Source: an uncultured Planctomycetota bacterium (GTDB lineage Bacteria > Planctomycetota > Planctomycetia > Isosphaerales > Isosphaeraceae). From it: a DNA stretch of 64,000 nt. Below, one piece after another: positions 9,546 through 19,425 of this stretch. How positions within the stretch are numbered: the first letter of the stretch is position 1; each line of letters opens with the position of its first letter. The stretch covers positions 64,001 to 128,000 of the forward strand of contig CAWJTV010000038.1 of the NCBI GenBank assembly GCA_963845755.1. The letters are read 5' to 3'. The position numbers and the translations under genes are program-made. The notes under the pieces were generated by a model. That model saw only the letters and a program-made list of their open reading frames with translations. It was not told the origin of the DNA and did not search any database.

Positions 9546-10700
9546 TCACCGGAGGCTTTCCAGTCCCACTCGGAGCCGGTCGAGATCGTCCTGGTTGTTA
9601 TAGACGTGCGGGCTGATCCGCAGCCGCCCCCGGCGGCATGCCGCGACGACGCCGTGATCTCGGCGGAGCTCGATCGCCGCGGCGGCCGGGTCGACGCCGT
9701 CGCGTTCGAGGACCACGATGGCCGAGCGGTCCACGTCGCGCGGGGAGCCGTACACGGTCCATCCTGCCGAGGCGGCCAGGTCGCGGACGGCCTCGGCCCG
9801 CTCGACGATCCGCTGTGAGACCGCGTCGAGCCCCCATTCGTGGAACAAGTCCACGCTGGCGCCGAACGTCAGCAGGCCCGGCATGTTGAACGAGCCGCCT
9901 TCCCAGCGCTGGGCGTTCGGCTTGAACGTGAGCTCGATCCGTGGTGCGTTGTACGAACCGACGACGCTGTGCCAGCCGACGCCGAGCGTCCGGAGCCGGT
10001 CGATCCAGTCCCGCCGGATGAAGAGGAATCCCGCGCCTTCGGGACCGAGCAGCCATTTGTGACCGTCGGCGGCCAGGAAGTCGATTGGCGTCCGGCGCAC
10101 GTCGATGCGATGTGGGCCGAGCCCCTGGATCGCGTCGACGAACAGGGCAATCCCCCGGGCCTGGCACAGATCCGCCAGCGCATCCAGGTCGTTGCGGAAC
10201 CCGGTGGCGAACTCCACGTGGCTGATGGCCAGGACCCGAGTCGAGCGATCGAAGGCCGCTTCCAGATCCTCGAGCCGGATCCGGCCGTCGCGGCTGGGCA
10301 CCTGTCGCAATGTGACGCCCCGGCTCGCCAGGTTCATCCAGGGCAATAGGTTCGACGAGTATTCGTCGGCGGGCGCCACGACGTTGTCGCCGTCACGCCA
10401 GGGATAGCCCTCGGCGATCAGGCCGATGCCGTGGGTCGTGCTGTTGATGAAGGCGATCTCGTCGCGATCGGCGCGGATCAGGGCGGCGACCTGGTCGCGG
10501 ATCGCCTCGAGTCTCCGCTCGTTCTCCGCCCAGCCGACGATGCCCTGATCCTCCTGAGTGCGGCCCCATTCCCGCAGGACTTCCCCGGACCTCCGGGGCA
10601 AGGGAGCGATGGCGGCATGGTCGAAATACGCCCAGTTCCGCGTGACCGGGAACTGCGTGTTTCGCACGAAGTCCCAGTCGATTCCCGGGGAGCCGTCCAC
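9546..10700 (-). CDS. Aminotransferase class V PLP enzyme (cysteine desulfurase/lyase-like)
   Basis: YFDHAA, VDAIQ, ADGHKWLLGPEG, RISPHVYN. Confidence 0.9.
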   Translation of the reverse strand: MDGSPGIDWDFVRNTQFPVTRNWAYFDHAAIAPLPRRSGEVLREWGRTQEDQGIVGWAENERRLEAIRDQVAALIRADRDEIAFINSTTHGIGLIAEGYPWRDGDNVVAPADEYSSNLLPWMNLASRGVTLRQVPSRDGRIRLEDLEAAFDRSTRVLAISHVEFATGFRNDLDALADLCQARGIALFVDAIQGLGPHRIDVRRTPIDFLAADGHKWLLGPEGAGFLFIRRDWIDRLRTLGVGWHSVVGSYNAPRIELTFKPNAQRWEGGSFNMPGLLTFGASVDLFHEWGLDAVSQRIVERAEAVRDLAASAGWTVYGSPRDVDRSAIVVLERDGVDPAAAAIELRRDHGVVAACRRGRLRISPHVYNNQDDLDRLRVGLESLR

Positions 10701-10730
10701 GGGCAGGGTCTCCTGATCCCGAGAAGCGGC

Positions 10731-10952
10731 TCAGCGACGTGCCGACTTGCCCACGACGAACAGGGCGAGCAACACCAGGGTGATGGTACCCAGGTAGCCG
10801 TCCAGCGGCCGGCCCTCGCTCTTCTCGGCACCCTCGGCGGGGGCCGGCTCCTGGGCACGGACGGTGGTGGTCATCGTCGGAGTCAGGGCCAGTCCGAGGG
10901 CCAGGAGCACCGGGGCCATCCGGCGGGCGAATCGGTTCCAGATGCAGGTCAT
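10731..10952 (-). CDS. Small exported/membrane protein
   Basis: Signal-peptide-like N-terminus, C-terminal TM helix and KSARR tail. Its ATG overlaps the upstream stop (ATGA). Confidence 0.7.
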   Translation of the reverse strand: MTCIWNRFARRMAPVLLALGLALTPTMTTTVRAQEPAPAEGAEKSEGRPLDGYLGTITLVLLALFVVGKSARR

Positions 10953-11509
10953 TTTTCGCGTTCCTTGACGGGGGTCGGTCGTCGGGAAGAATCGAAGCTC
11001 ATCGGCAGCCATTCTCGCAGGGGCCGCACGCGGCGCCGGAAGGCGCGACGGGCCATCGCGACCGCTTTCCAGGCCGGCCCTCGCGAGCGGAGATGGGCGA
11101 TATAGTCGTCGAGTCCGACCGCCCAGAATCGGTACTCGCGGCCGCGGAATTCATAGGCCCCATTGTCCCGAGGCAAGGGAAACGGCTGGATCGGCTCGGC
11201 ATAGGCGAACGCCAGGACCGCCCGGAATCCGGGCCCGAAGATCGCTTGCCAGCGCATCAGGGCATCCAGGTCGTCGGTCGTCACCCAGTTCTCCCAGTCG
11301 CGACGGCCGCGACGGTTCTTGCTCCGTTTGCCTTTGACCTCGACCACGAGGTTAGTCCCGAACTGGGGATACAGCAAGAAGTCGGGATTCTTCAAGCCCT
11401 CTTCGCCGAAGATCGCACGCTTGGCCTCGTTGACGGCCACGCAGGGGACGCGGAGCGATCGGATGAACGCCTCGAAGGCCGCCTCGTAGTGGTTGGATCG
11501 ATTGGCCAT
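10949..11509 (-). CDS. HYExAFE family protein (putative PD-(D/E)xK fold)
   Basis: NHYEAAFE signature; KNPDF...VEVKG; ENWVT.DD. Confidence 0.85.
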   Translation of the reverse strand: MANRSNHYEAAFEAFIRSLRVPCVAVNEAKRAIFGEEGLKNPDFLLYPQFGTNLVVEVKGKRSKNRRGRRDWENWVTTDDLDALMRWQAIFGPGFRAVLAFAYAEPIQPFPLPRDNGAYEFRGREYRFWAVGLDDYIAHLRSRGPAWKAVAMARRAFRRRVRPLREWLPMSFDSSRRPTPVKEREK

Positions 11510-11612
11510 GACCGTCGTGATCCGCGATCACCCTCGTCGTTCGGGCCACGGGACCCGGGTGTCGTGCCAGTTCCCGCCTGTCCACTCAATCTTCCGACTT
11601 CCGGCCCGAGCG

Positions 11613-12086
11613 TCAATGCTCTACCGGCGATTTCGAGCCGTTCAGGGTCACGATCGGCAGCGTCGGGCCCCGGGTCTTCCGTCGGCGCCTGGGCGGAAGC
11701 ACAGCCTCGGCATACTCCCAGATCTGCTCGGGGGTCTCGAAGATTTTTTCGAACGCCCATTCGTCATCGTATTCGCAGTTCGCCGTCGTGTAGTCGTGGC
11801 AGATCTTGGGCCGGTTGAGATAGATCCCGCAACGGTCGTCGGCGGTCAGGTACTGGCATCGCGTCATCACGAGGAGATACCACTGGCTTTTCTCCACGTA
11901 GATCATCGTCCGGCCATGGGCCAGGTACCATCGGATCGAGTCGTAGTCGTCCCAGGTCGTCGGATTATCGATCGGCAGGGAGAAATAGCGGCAGCACTTC
12001 CCGGTGCAGTGGTCGCAGAGGCATTCGCCGGGCTTGAGCTGATCGCGACGGGGCTTGGTCTTCTTCGACGGGCGTTTCGTTCTCAC
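11613..12086 (-). CDS. YkgJ-family (CxxCxxCC) cysteine-cluster protein
   Basis: CDHCTGKCC, CQYL...CGIYLNRPKIC. GTG start overlaps the upstream TGA. Confidence 0.87.
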   Translation of the reverse strand: MRTKRPSKKTKPRRDQLKPGECLCDHCTGKCCRYFSLPIDNPTTWDDYDSIRWYLAHGRTMIYVEKSQWYLLVMTRCQYLTADDRCGIYLNRPKICHDYTTANCEYDDEWAFEKIFETPEQIWEYAEAVLPPRRRRKTRGPTLPIVTLNGSKSPVEH

Positions 12087-12991
12087 GGGCGAGCTCCGGT
12101 TGGGTCGGGCGGGTTCGGGTCTTGGTACGGCAAGCACGCGGTGGCGAGCGCATTCACATGCGCGGCGGTGGTGCCACAGCAGCCGCCGATCAGGCGGACG
12201 TTCCATGCGACGAGCCGGGGCACTGCTGCGGCGAACGCGGCCGGGACCGAGCTCGAGTGCGGATCGCCCAGGCCGGCTGCGCTGGGTTTGACCAGGAGGG
12301 GGCACGCGCCGACCCGATCGAGACGCCGGGCGAACGCGAGGGTCGTCGCGAGTGGCTGACAATTGATGCCGATGGCCGTGACGCCCAGGTCCAGGAGCCG
12401 CTGCACGGCGGGCTCGGGCGGGTCCGGCCACTGCCACAGGCTGGCGAGGATTGGGACGGGCGTCACCAGCGCCGCCCGGACTTCCTGGAGTACCTGGAAC
12501 AAGGGCTCGGCGCGATAGGTCTCGAAAACGAGGGCATCCACTCCGGAATCGACCAGGAGCGTCGCCTGTCCGGCCGCCGCGCCGGCTTCCTGGGCCGCGG
12601 TCGGGCCGATGTCGCCGACAACGAAACCCTCCGGGCCGATGGCTCCCCGCGCCAGTGCGACCGCCCGGCCATTGATCGCCGCGACGGCCTCCGCTCGTCC
12701 GAAGTTCGCCAGCCAGGACCGATTAGCGCCGAAGGTGTTGGTGAACAGGACCTGGGAGCCTGCGGCCACATCGCGTTCGTGCAGGTCGAGAACCTCCGAC
12801 GGATGCGTCAGATTCCAGAGGCAGGGATCATCGGACCTGAGGTCCAGGCCGCGGTCGCGAAGCCGCGTCCCCATCGCCGCATCGAGCACCAGCGGCCCGC
12901 GATTCCACGCGGAGACCAAACCCCCGAAGGCTCCCCGGTTCGTTGGGATTGGCCGAACTGCCAGGGTGGCGCGCCGCTCGGAATCGCCCAT
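12083..12991 (-). CDS. Homocysteine S-methyltransferase family protein (stand-alone domain); start uncertain
   Basis: LDAAMGT, TNTFGA, GDIGP, FET, GINC, IGGCCGTT. Confidence 0.87.
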   Translation of the reverse strand: MGDSERRATLAVRPIPTNRGAFGGLVSAWNRGPLVLDAAMGTRLRDRGLDLRSDDPCLWNLTHPSEVLDLHERDVAAGSQVLFTNTFGANRSWLANFGRAEAVAAINGRAVALARGAIGPEGFVVGDIGPTAAQEAGAAAGQATLLVDSGVDALVFETYRAEPLFQVLQEVRAALVTPVPILASLWQWPDPPEPAVQRLLDLGVTAIGINCQPLATTLAFARRLDRVGACPLLVKPSAAGLGDPHSSSVPAAFAAAVPRLVAWNVRLIGGCCGTTAAHVNALATACLPYQDPNPPDPTGARP

Positions 12992-13018
12992 GCTGTGGTT
13001 CACCGCCCACGACCTGAC

Positions 13019-13125
13019 GCAGCCATCGGCCGCAACCCAATCGGGAATCCCGATTCGCGATTCAAAACTCCCAATAGGGCATGATTCGGGAATCTGGAAT
13101 GTGGAATCACGAATCTGGTATCCCG
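13019..13125 (+). repeat. GGCCGCAA-anchored GATTC/GAATC heptamer hairpin element
   Basis: gcagccatcggccgcaacc, then cccgattcgcgattc...gggaatctggaatgtggaatcacgaatct; similar to 22069-22170 and 57038-57136. Confidence 0.65.
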
Positions 13126-13186
13126 CCGATGCGCGCATGACGCAGGCATCCTGCGGAGGAAGACTCTACGATCGACTGCCCACGGC

Positions 13187-14266
13187 TCACGCATTCTTGG
13201 TCCGATTGCGATAACGGGCGCTGACGCGGACGAGGAAGCGGTTTTCTTCATCGGTCAGGGAGTTGCGACCTTCGCGGTGGAGCTTCTCGAGGATCTCGTC
13301 CATCCGTCGTTCTTCGGCGATCTCACGCGCCATCCGGCGTTCCCGGCGCAGCTCGGAGCGGCGCCGTCGCCAGCGCTTCAGCGCGCCCTCCCGATGAGGG
13401 CGGACCTTCGCGGCACCGCCGTCGATGCTCAGATAGCCTTCCGAGAAATCGTAGCCGAAAATGCCGTCGTCGAAATAGCCACCCTCTTCCAGCAGACGCG
13501 CCTCGACATGCACGAGGTACTCGATCACCAGCGCCAGGAAGATCAACGTCACGCCGTCCCCGCGCCAGTACACCAGCAAACGCACCAGCCCGACCAGAGC
13601 CAGGAACATGGCGGAGGCCCGGGCGGTGTAGAAGGCATAGGGATTATCCCGGGACGAGACGACCGATGTGCTGCCCAGGAGGGCACGGAGCATGCGGCCG
13701 CCGTCGAAGGGCAGGGCGGGGATGAGGTTGAACAGGAACAGGATCCCGTTGAGGTAGGCGAACCAGCCGAGGATCCAGACCCGGCTCAGCGGTGTGGCCA
13801 TAACGCCGTGGATCCAGGGAGCCCCGGCGTCCAGTTCGGCATTCCCGTACGGATTCCAGACGACCTGGGCTCCCGCGAACAGGTACAGGCAGATGGCCGT
13901 GACGAGGAAGATCGTACCGCTGACGAGCGGCCCGGCCATCGCGACCAGGAAATGCTCGCTGGAGCGCGGCACGAACGTCGGTCCCACCAGGTTCCCGAGC
14001 GGCCAGAGATGCACCTCCTCCTGGTCGCAGTCGAGCCAGTAGGCAAACGCGGCATGTGCCAGCTCGTGGACAGCCAGCGCGATCAGGAGCAGCCCCAACC
14101 AGCACGCCGTGTGGCTGATCGTTTGAAGCTGGCCCTTGGCGGCCAGGGTGACTGCGGACCAGACCAACCGGACCACCACGAAGAGAATCAATAGGATGTG
14201 GACACGAACCGCCGTGCCGAACCATCGGCCCAGACTGATCGGCGACCAGGTCAAGGGATCGTTCAT
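13187..14266 (-). CDS. Site-2 protease (M50) family membrane metalloprotease with C-terminal DUF6576-like tail
   Basis: HELAH, MAGP, NLIPALPFDGG; C-terminal MDEILEKLHREGRNSLTDEE. Confidence 0.88.
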   Translation of the reverse strand: MNDPLTWSPISLGRWFGTAVRVHILLILFVVVRLVWSAVTLAAKGQLQTISHTACWLGLLLIALAVHELAHAAFAYWLDCDQEEVHLWPLGNLVGPTFVPRSSEHFLVAMAGPLVSGTIFLVTAICLYLFAGAQVVWNPYGNAELDAGAPWIHGVMATPLSRVWILGWFAYLNGILFLFNLIPALPFDGGRMLRALLGSTSVVSSRDNPYAFYTARASAMFLALVGLVRLLVYWRGDGVTLIFLALVIEYLVHVEARLLEEGGYFDDGIFGYDFSEGYLSIDGGAAKVRPHREGALKRWRRRRSELRRERRMAREIAEERRMDEILEKLHREGRNSLTDEENRFLVRVSARYRNRTKNA

Positions 14267-14604
14267 GGCCGGCCATCCCGGGTGGATGCAAAACGCCCGT
14301 GTCTCACGCGGCATCGAGCCGTATTCAGACTCCCCAAGCGCCGGGATCGGAGATCCATGAACCCGAACGATTCGCGCCTCGCGGAGGCCGCACGGAGGTC
14401 GAATCCCGGACACTCAATTCTTACAGATTCACTTTAGCAGCCTCCGCCGTGGGTCGCAACGCAAGGTGCGAGCACCAAGGCCGGTTCACGACCGGGTGCG
14501 GAGGTCGATCGAGGCACCCGCTCTTCAGGCAGCGGCTGGTCCGTGCTAGACTATATCCCGAGACGGAGGCCGATCCTTTCACGCGGATTTCCTGGACATC
14601 TGCC

Positions 14605-15738
14605 ATGGAAGAAGACTCGAACGCGACGGACCTCCGCGTCCCGGTTGAGCTCGGACCGCGCTCGTACGAGGTCCGGGTCGTGACCGGCAGGCTGGACGAG
14701 TTCGGCCCGTTCGCACGCGCCGCGCTCCAGGCGACCTGGGCCGGCCGGTCTTGCCGGTTCGCGCTGATCGTGACCGACGCCCACGTGGCAGAGCTGTCGG
14801 TTCACGAGGGATACGCGGCCGCTTTTGCCGGGCTGGGAATCGAATCGACGACCACCGTCGTTCCGGCCGGGGAAGCCAGCAAATCGCTTTCGTGCGTGTC
14901 CCGGCTTTATGACGAGTTGGTCGCTCGCAAGGCCGATCGTCACACGGCCATCGTCGCGCTGGGAGGCGGTGTGATCGGGGACCTCGCCGGGTTCGGTGCG
15001 GCCACCTTCGCCCGGGGCCTGCCCTTGATCATGGTCCCGACCACCCTGCTCGCGCAGGTGGATAGCTCGGTCGGAGGCAAGGTCGGGATCAACCATCCAC
15101 AAGCCAAGAATATCATCGGGGCATTCCACCAGCCGATCGGCGTCTGGATCGACACCGAGACGCTCGAGAGCCTTCCGGACCGGGAACTTCGCTGTGGGCT
15201 GGCCGAGGTCGTCAAGTACGGCGTCATCCTGGATGGTGAGTTTTTCGCCGAGCTGGAGGACCAGGCCGATCAGATCCTTGTGCGCGATGGCGCAGCACTG
15301 CGCCGGATCGTGGCGCGGAGCTGCCAGCTCAAGGCCGGCGTCGTCTCCCGCGACGAGCGCGAAGAGACCGGCCTCCGCGCCGTGCTGAACTTCGGCCACA
15401 CAGTCGGCCATGCCATCGAGTCGGTCGCCGGTTATGGGGGATCCTACCAGCACGGGGAGGCCGTGGCCGTTGGCATGGTCGCCGAGGGCCGGCTGGCCCG
15501 GCGGCTGGGCTGGATCGGACCCGACCTCGTGGATCGCCTAGTCAGCCTGCTAGACCGCCTCGGCCTGCCGACGTCCGCGCCGGGACTCGACGCCGACCGG
15601 CTGATCGACGCCATGGGCCGCGACAAGAAGAACCGCGGCGGCCGGCTCCGGTTCGTCTTGCCGCGCTCGATCGGTCATGTCGAGCTGACCGACACGGCCG
15701 ATGAAGCCGATATCCGCGCCGTCCTGGCCAGTCTTTGA
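14605..15738 (+). CDS. aroB: 3-dehydroquinate synthase
   Basis: GEASKS, ALGGGVIGDLAGF, PTTLLAQVDSSVGGKVGIN, LNFGHTVGHAIE, DKK. Confidence 0.97.
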   Translation: MEEDSNATDLRVPVELGPRSYEVRVVTGRLDEFGPFARAALQATWAGRSCRFALIVTDAHVAELSVHEGYAAAFAGLGIESTTTVVPAGEASKSLSCVSRLYDELVARKADRHTAIVALGGGVIGDLAGFGAATFARGLPLIMVPTTLLAQVDSSVGGKVGINHPQAKNIIGAFHQPIGVWIDTETLESLPDRELRCGLAEVVKYGVILDGEFFAELEDQADQILVRDGAALRRIVARSCQLKAGVVSRDEREETGLRAVLNFGHTVGHAIESVAGYGGSYQHGEAVAVGMVAEGRLARRLGWIGPDLVDRLVSLLDRLGLPTSAPGLDADRLIDAMGRDKKNRGGRLRFVLPRSIGHVELTDTADEADIRAVLASL

Positions 15739-15744
15739 TCGAGG

Positions 15745-16888
15745 ATGCCTGATGCGAGGGAACCGAGATTGAGCGAACCGAACCCCGATGCCGACTTGCT
15801 CGACCTGATTCGTCTGACGATGGTCCCGGGCGTGGGACCGCAGACGACGCGTGCCCTGCTGGAGCATTTCCGGACGGCCGGCCGGGTCCTATCCGCGAGC
15901 CAGTCGGAGCTGCGCGGGGTGGACGGCATCGGCCCCAAGCTGGCCGAAAAGATCGGCCAGGCGCATCGGGATTGCGACGCCGAGACGGAGCTGGCGCTCT
16001 GCCGACGCCTGGATGTGCAGGCCATCCCGCGCGACGACCCGAACTATCCCGCCGCTCTCCTGAACATCCCCGACCCGCCGGGCCTGATTTACGGGAAGGG
16101 GCGGTTCGAACCTCGCGATCAGTTGGCCATCGCGATGGTCGGGTCGCGGCGTTGTACGCCGTACGGCGCCCGGATCGCCGAGAAGCTGGCGGCCGGACTG
16201 GCGCGCATCGGTTTCACGATTGTCTCGGGGCTGGCGCGGGATCGATGCGGCGGCTCACCGCGGGGCTATCAAGGCCGGAGGCCGCAGCATCGCCGTGCTG
16301 GCCAACGGGCTGGCCTCGGTCTATCCGCCCGAGCACGAGGACCTCGCCCGTGCCTTGACCGAGGCCGGCGGACTCTACAGCGAGATGTCCATGCGGCAGG
16401 TCCCGCTGGCCGGCCTGTTCACCCAGCGCAACCGCATCATCTCGGGTCTGAGCCTGGGCATCGTCGTGGTGGAGGCGGCGCCGCGGAGCGGGTCGCTGTC
16501 GACCGCCCGGCATGCCGTCGAGCAGAACCGGGAGGTCTTCGCGGTACCGGGCCCGGTGGATAGCCTCAACAGCCGGGGCTGCCATGGCCTGATCCGGGAC
16601 GGGGCCAAGCTCGTCGAGACCGTCAACGACATCCTGGAAGAGCTCGGGCCCCTGGTCCAGGAGGTGCGGACGGACACGGACGAGCCCCCCGTGCGGCATC
16701 CGGCCGAGCTGGCGCTCACCGACCCGGAGCGCGCGCTGCTCGGCCAGCTCGACGACTCTCCCACCGCGGTGGACGAGCTGATCCTCCGCACCGGGCTCAC
16801 CGCGGCGCAGGTCATGGCCAACCTCAGCGTCCTGGAGATGAAGCGGCTCGTCCGCCGGATGCCCGGCCATCGGTTCGTCCGCGCCTAA
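15745..16888 (+). CDS. dprA: DNA-processing protein DprA/Smf, frameshift near 16236
   Basis: VPGVGP, IPDPP, AMVGSR, IVSGLA/RGIDAAAH, RNRIISGLS, VVEAAPRSGSL, C-terminal winged helix. Confidence 0.93.
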
Positions 16889-17037
16889 GAGACCCGGCTC
16901 AGGGGAATCCTTGGTGTCAGTAGATGATGACTTGCGGAAAAATGCATTGACACCCAATCTCGTGTTGTGCTTTCCTGTGTATCGAATCATCCTCGATGAC
17001 GGACGTACGTCTCATTCCATTCCGCATTCGATCGAAC

Positions 17038-17850
17038 ATGAACATCTTTCACGACGGTTTATTTCTGGGAAAGGTGGCGCTGATCACGGGCGGAGGCACC
17101 GGCATCGGCCGCGGGATCGCCGAGGCACTCGTCCGGCATGGGGCCGACGTGGCGATCGTGAGCCGCAAGCCGGAAAGCCTGGACGCGGCGGCCGGGCAGA
17201 TCGCCACAGCGACGGGCCGGCGCTGCCTGCCGATCGTCGGCGACGTCCGCCAGCCGGAGGCGGTCGAGTCGGCCGTGGGTCGCGTCGTCCAGGAGCTGGG
17301 CGGGCTGGACATCGTCGTCAATAATGCCGCGGGCAATTTCTTCTGCCCCTCGGCCGATCTGAGCCCGAACGGGTTCGGCACGGTGATCGACATTGATGCA
17401 AAGGGGACCTGGAACGTCTCGCGCACCGCCTACCAGGCCCGGTTCAAGGATAACGGGGGCCAGATCCTGAATATCAGCGCCACCCTGCACTACGGCGGCA
17501 CGCCCGGCCAGGTTCACGTGGCGGCGGCCAAGGCGGCCGTCGACGCCATGACCCGCACGCTGGCCGTCGAGTGGGGCCCGCAAGGAATCCGGGTCAACGC
17601 CATCGCCCCCGGGCCGATCCTCGACACGGAAGGAGCCCGACGCCTCTTCCCGGGGCCGGCGGCCGAAGCCCTCCGGACCATGACGCCGACCCGCCGGCTG
17701 GGCACGATCGACGATATCGTCAATCTCGCCCTCTTCGTCCTGAGCGACGCCGGCGTCCACCTCAACGGCGCCATCCTCGTCTCCGACGGCGGTCTCTGCC
17801 TGACCGGCCGCTTCGACCTCGGGCTCGTGCCGGCGGCCAGGTCCGTTTAA
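17038..17850 (+). CDS. SDR oxidoreductase, 2,4-dienoyl-CoA reductase-like
   Basis: TGGGTGIG, NNAAGNF, HVAAAKAAV (His in place of the catalytic Tyr, as in DECR-type SDRs), NAIAPGPI. Confidence 0.87.
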   Translation: MNIFHDGLFLGKVALITGGGTGIGRGIAEALVRHGADVAIVSRKPESLDAAAGQIATATGRRCLPIVGDVRQPEAVESAVGRVVQELGGLDIVVNNAAGNFFCPSADLSPNGFGTVIDIDAKGTWNVSRTAYQARFKDNGGQILNISATLHYGGTPGQVHVAAAKAAVDAMTRTLAVEWGPQGIRVNAIAPGPILDTEGARRLFPGPAAEALRTMTPTRRLGTIDDIVNLALFVLSDAGVHLNGAILVSDGGLCLTGRFDLGLVPAARSV

Positions 17851-18071
17851 ACCCTCCCGCGGCCTTGGTACAAGATTTTCATGGCTACCAGGAGTCTGGA
17901 AGCTGCTTGACGCCCATGTTGAGGTCGATTTAACCTGGATTTCAGAGCCGCTTGTGACCGGGCGGCCCATCGGCGGCCATGGCAGCCCTATCCCGTGTCG
18001 CCCGCGGACGGCGACCTGGGTGGGGCGTTTTCATTTCGTTGATGCGGCCTTGGATGAGGTTGGAGGCGGTC

Positions 18072-18746
18072 ATGATCAAGCCATTCGCGGATCGGGCTGC
18101 GGCCGGGCAAGTGCTGGCCAAGAAGCTCGAAGCCTATGTCGGGAGGGACGACGTGATCGTCCTGGCGCTGCCGCGTGGCGGGGTCCCCGTGGCGTACGAG
18201 GTCGCCACGGCGCTGGGCGTTCCGCTCGACGTCTTCCTCGTGCGGAAGCTCGGCGCGCCGGGCCACGAAGAGCTGGCCATGGGCGCGATCGCTTCGAGCG
18301 ACGTCGTGGTCATGAACGACGACGTGGTCAAGGCGATGAAGGTTTCCGATGACGTGGTCGAGGCCAAGATCGCCAGCGAACGTCAGGAGCTGGCTCGTCG
18401 CGAGTCGGCCTACCGCGACGACCGACCCCCGCTTCAGGTCGCGGGGCGGACCGTGATCCTGATCGATGACGGGCTGGCCACCGGCTCGACCATGCGGGCC
18501 GCCGTGACGGCGTTGCGGCGCCAGCGCCCCGCGCGGATCGTGGTCGCCGCGCCGATCGGAGCCGCTTCGACATGCACCGAGATCCAGTCGATCGCCGATG
18601 AAGTCATTTGCGCCGTCACACCCGATCCGTTCCGGGCTGTCGGCCTGTGGTACGATGACTTCGAGCAGACCAGCGACGCCGAGGTCAGCGACCTGTTGGC
18701 CCGGTCCTCCGGAGCAAGCGACCGCCGCGAGGAGGGATCATCATGA
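18072..18746 (+). CDS. Phosphoribosyltransferase family protein
   Basis: LALPRGGVP, RKLGAPGHEELAMGA, ILIDDGLATGSTM. Confidence 0.9.
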   Translation: MIKPFADRAAAGQVLAKKLEAYVGRDDVIVLALPRGGVPVAYEVATALGVPLDVFLVRKLGAPGHEELAMGAIASSDVVVMNDDVVKAMKVSDDVVEAKIASERQELARRESAYRDDRPPLQVAGRTVILIDDGLATGSTMRAAVTALRRQRPARIVVAAPIGAASTCTEIQSIADEVICAVTPDPFRAVGLWYDDFEQTSDAEVSDLLARSSGASDRREEGSS

Positions 18747-19411
18747 GCCAGGCCTTCGAACCGAGCCTTATCGAGCGCGACGCGACGATCTCCACGGGAG
18801 GTCGGACGCTCCGAGGCACCTTGAAGCTGCCGAAAGGGGCCGGCGCGGGGGTCGTCTTCGCACACGGCAGCGGGAGCGGGCGGCTCAGCCCGCGCAACCA
18901 GTACGTGGCGCAGGTCTTGCAGGAAGGTGGACTGGCGACGCTCCTGGTCAACTTGCTGGAAGATCGCGAGGCCGACGACCGCTCCAAGGTCTTCGACATC
19001 AAGCTGCTGGCCGAGCGGCTCCAGGCCGCGGCCGACTGGCTGGTGAGCCAGCCCGAGGCGAAGGGCCTCCGCCTGGGCTATTTCGGCGCCAGCACCGGCG
19101 CCGGGGCGGCGCTGCTGGCAGCGGCCTGGGCGCCGGATTCCATCGGCGCCGTGGTTTCGCGCGGCGGCCGGCCCGACCTGGCCGGCAACGCCCTGCCACG
19201 GGTCACCGCGCCCACCCTGATGATCGTCGGTGGCGACGACGAGGTCGTCCTCGAGCTCAACCGCGAGGCGTTCGAGCAACTCACCTGCCCCCGGCAGCTC
19301 GATATCATCCCCGGCGCCACCCACCTCTTCCCCGAGCCGGGCGCCCTCGAAGAGGTCGCCCGCATGGCCCAGGAATGGTTCGTCCATTATTTGACTCCGC
19401 CGGTCCCCTGA
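18743..19411 (+). CDS. Dienelactone hydrolase-like alpha/beta hydrolase
   Basis: FAHGSGS, YFGASTG, SRGGRPDLA, GATHLF; ATGA-coupled to the PRTase gene. Confidence 0.88.
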   Translation: MSQAFEPSLIERDATISTGGRTLRGTLKLPKGAGAGVVFAHGSGSGRLSPRNQYVAQVLQEGGLATLLVNLLEDREADDRSKVFDIKLLAERLQAAADWLVSQPEAKGLRLGYFGASTGAGAALLAAAWAPDSIGAVVSRGGRPDLAGNALPRVTAPTLMIVGGDDEVVLELNREAFEQLTCPRQLDIIPGATHLFPEPGALEEVARMAQEWFVHYLTPPVP

Positions 19412-19425
19412 GCACGGGGCGGAGC

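Noticed and set aside
2905..16888. Real pseudogenisation or programmed frameshifting of trpE, mcsA and dprA
   Set aside because: Single indels in otherwise pristine genes, at a shared GCGC context and without slippery runs; sequencing error is more parsimonious.
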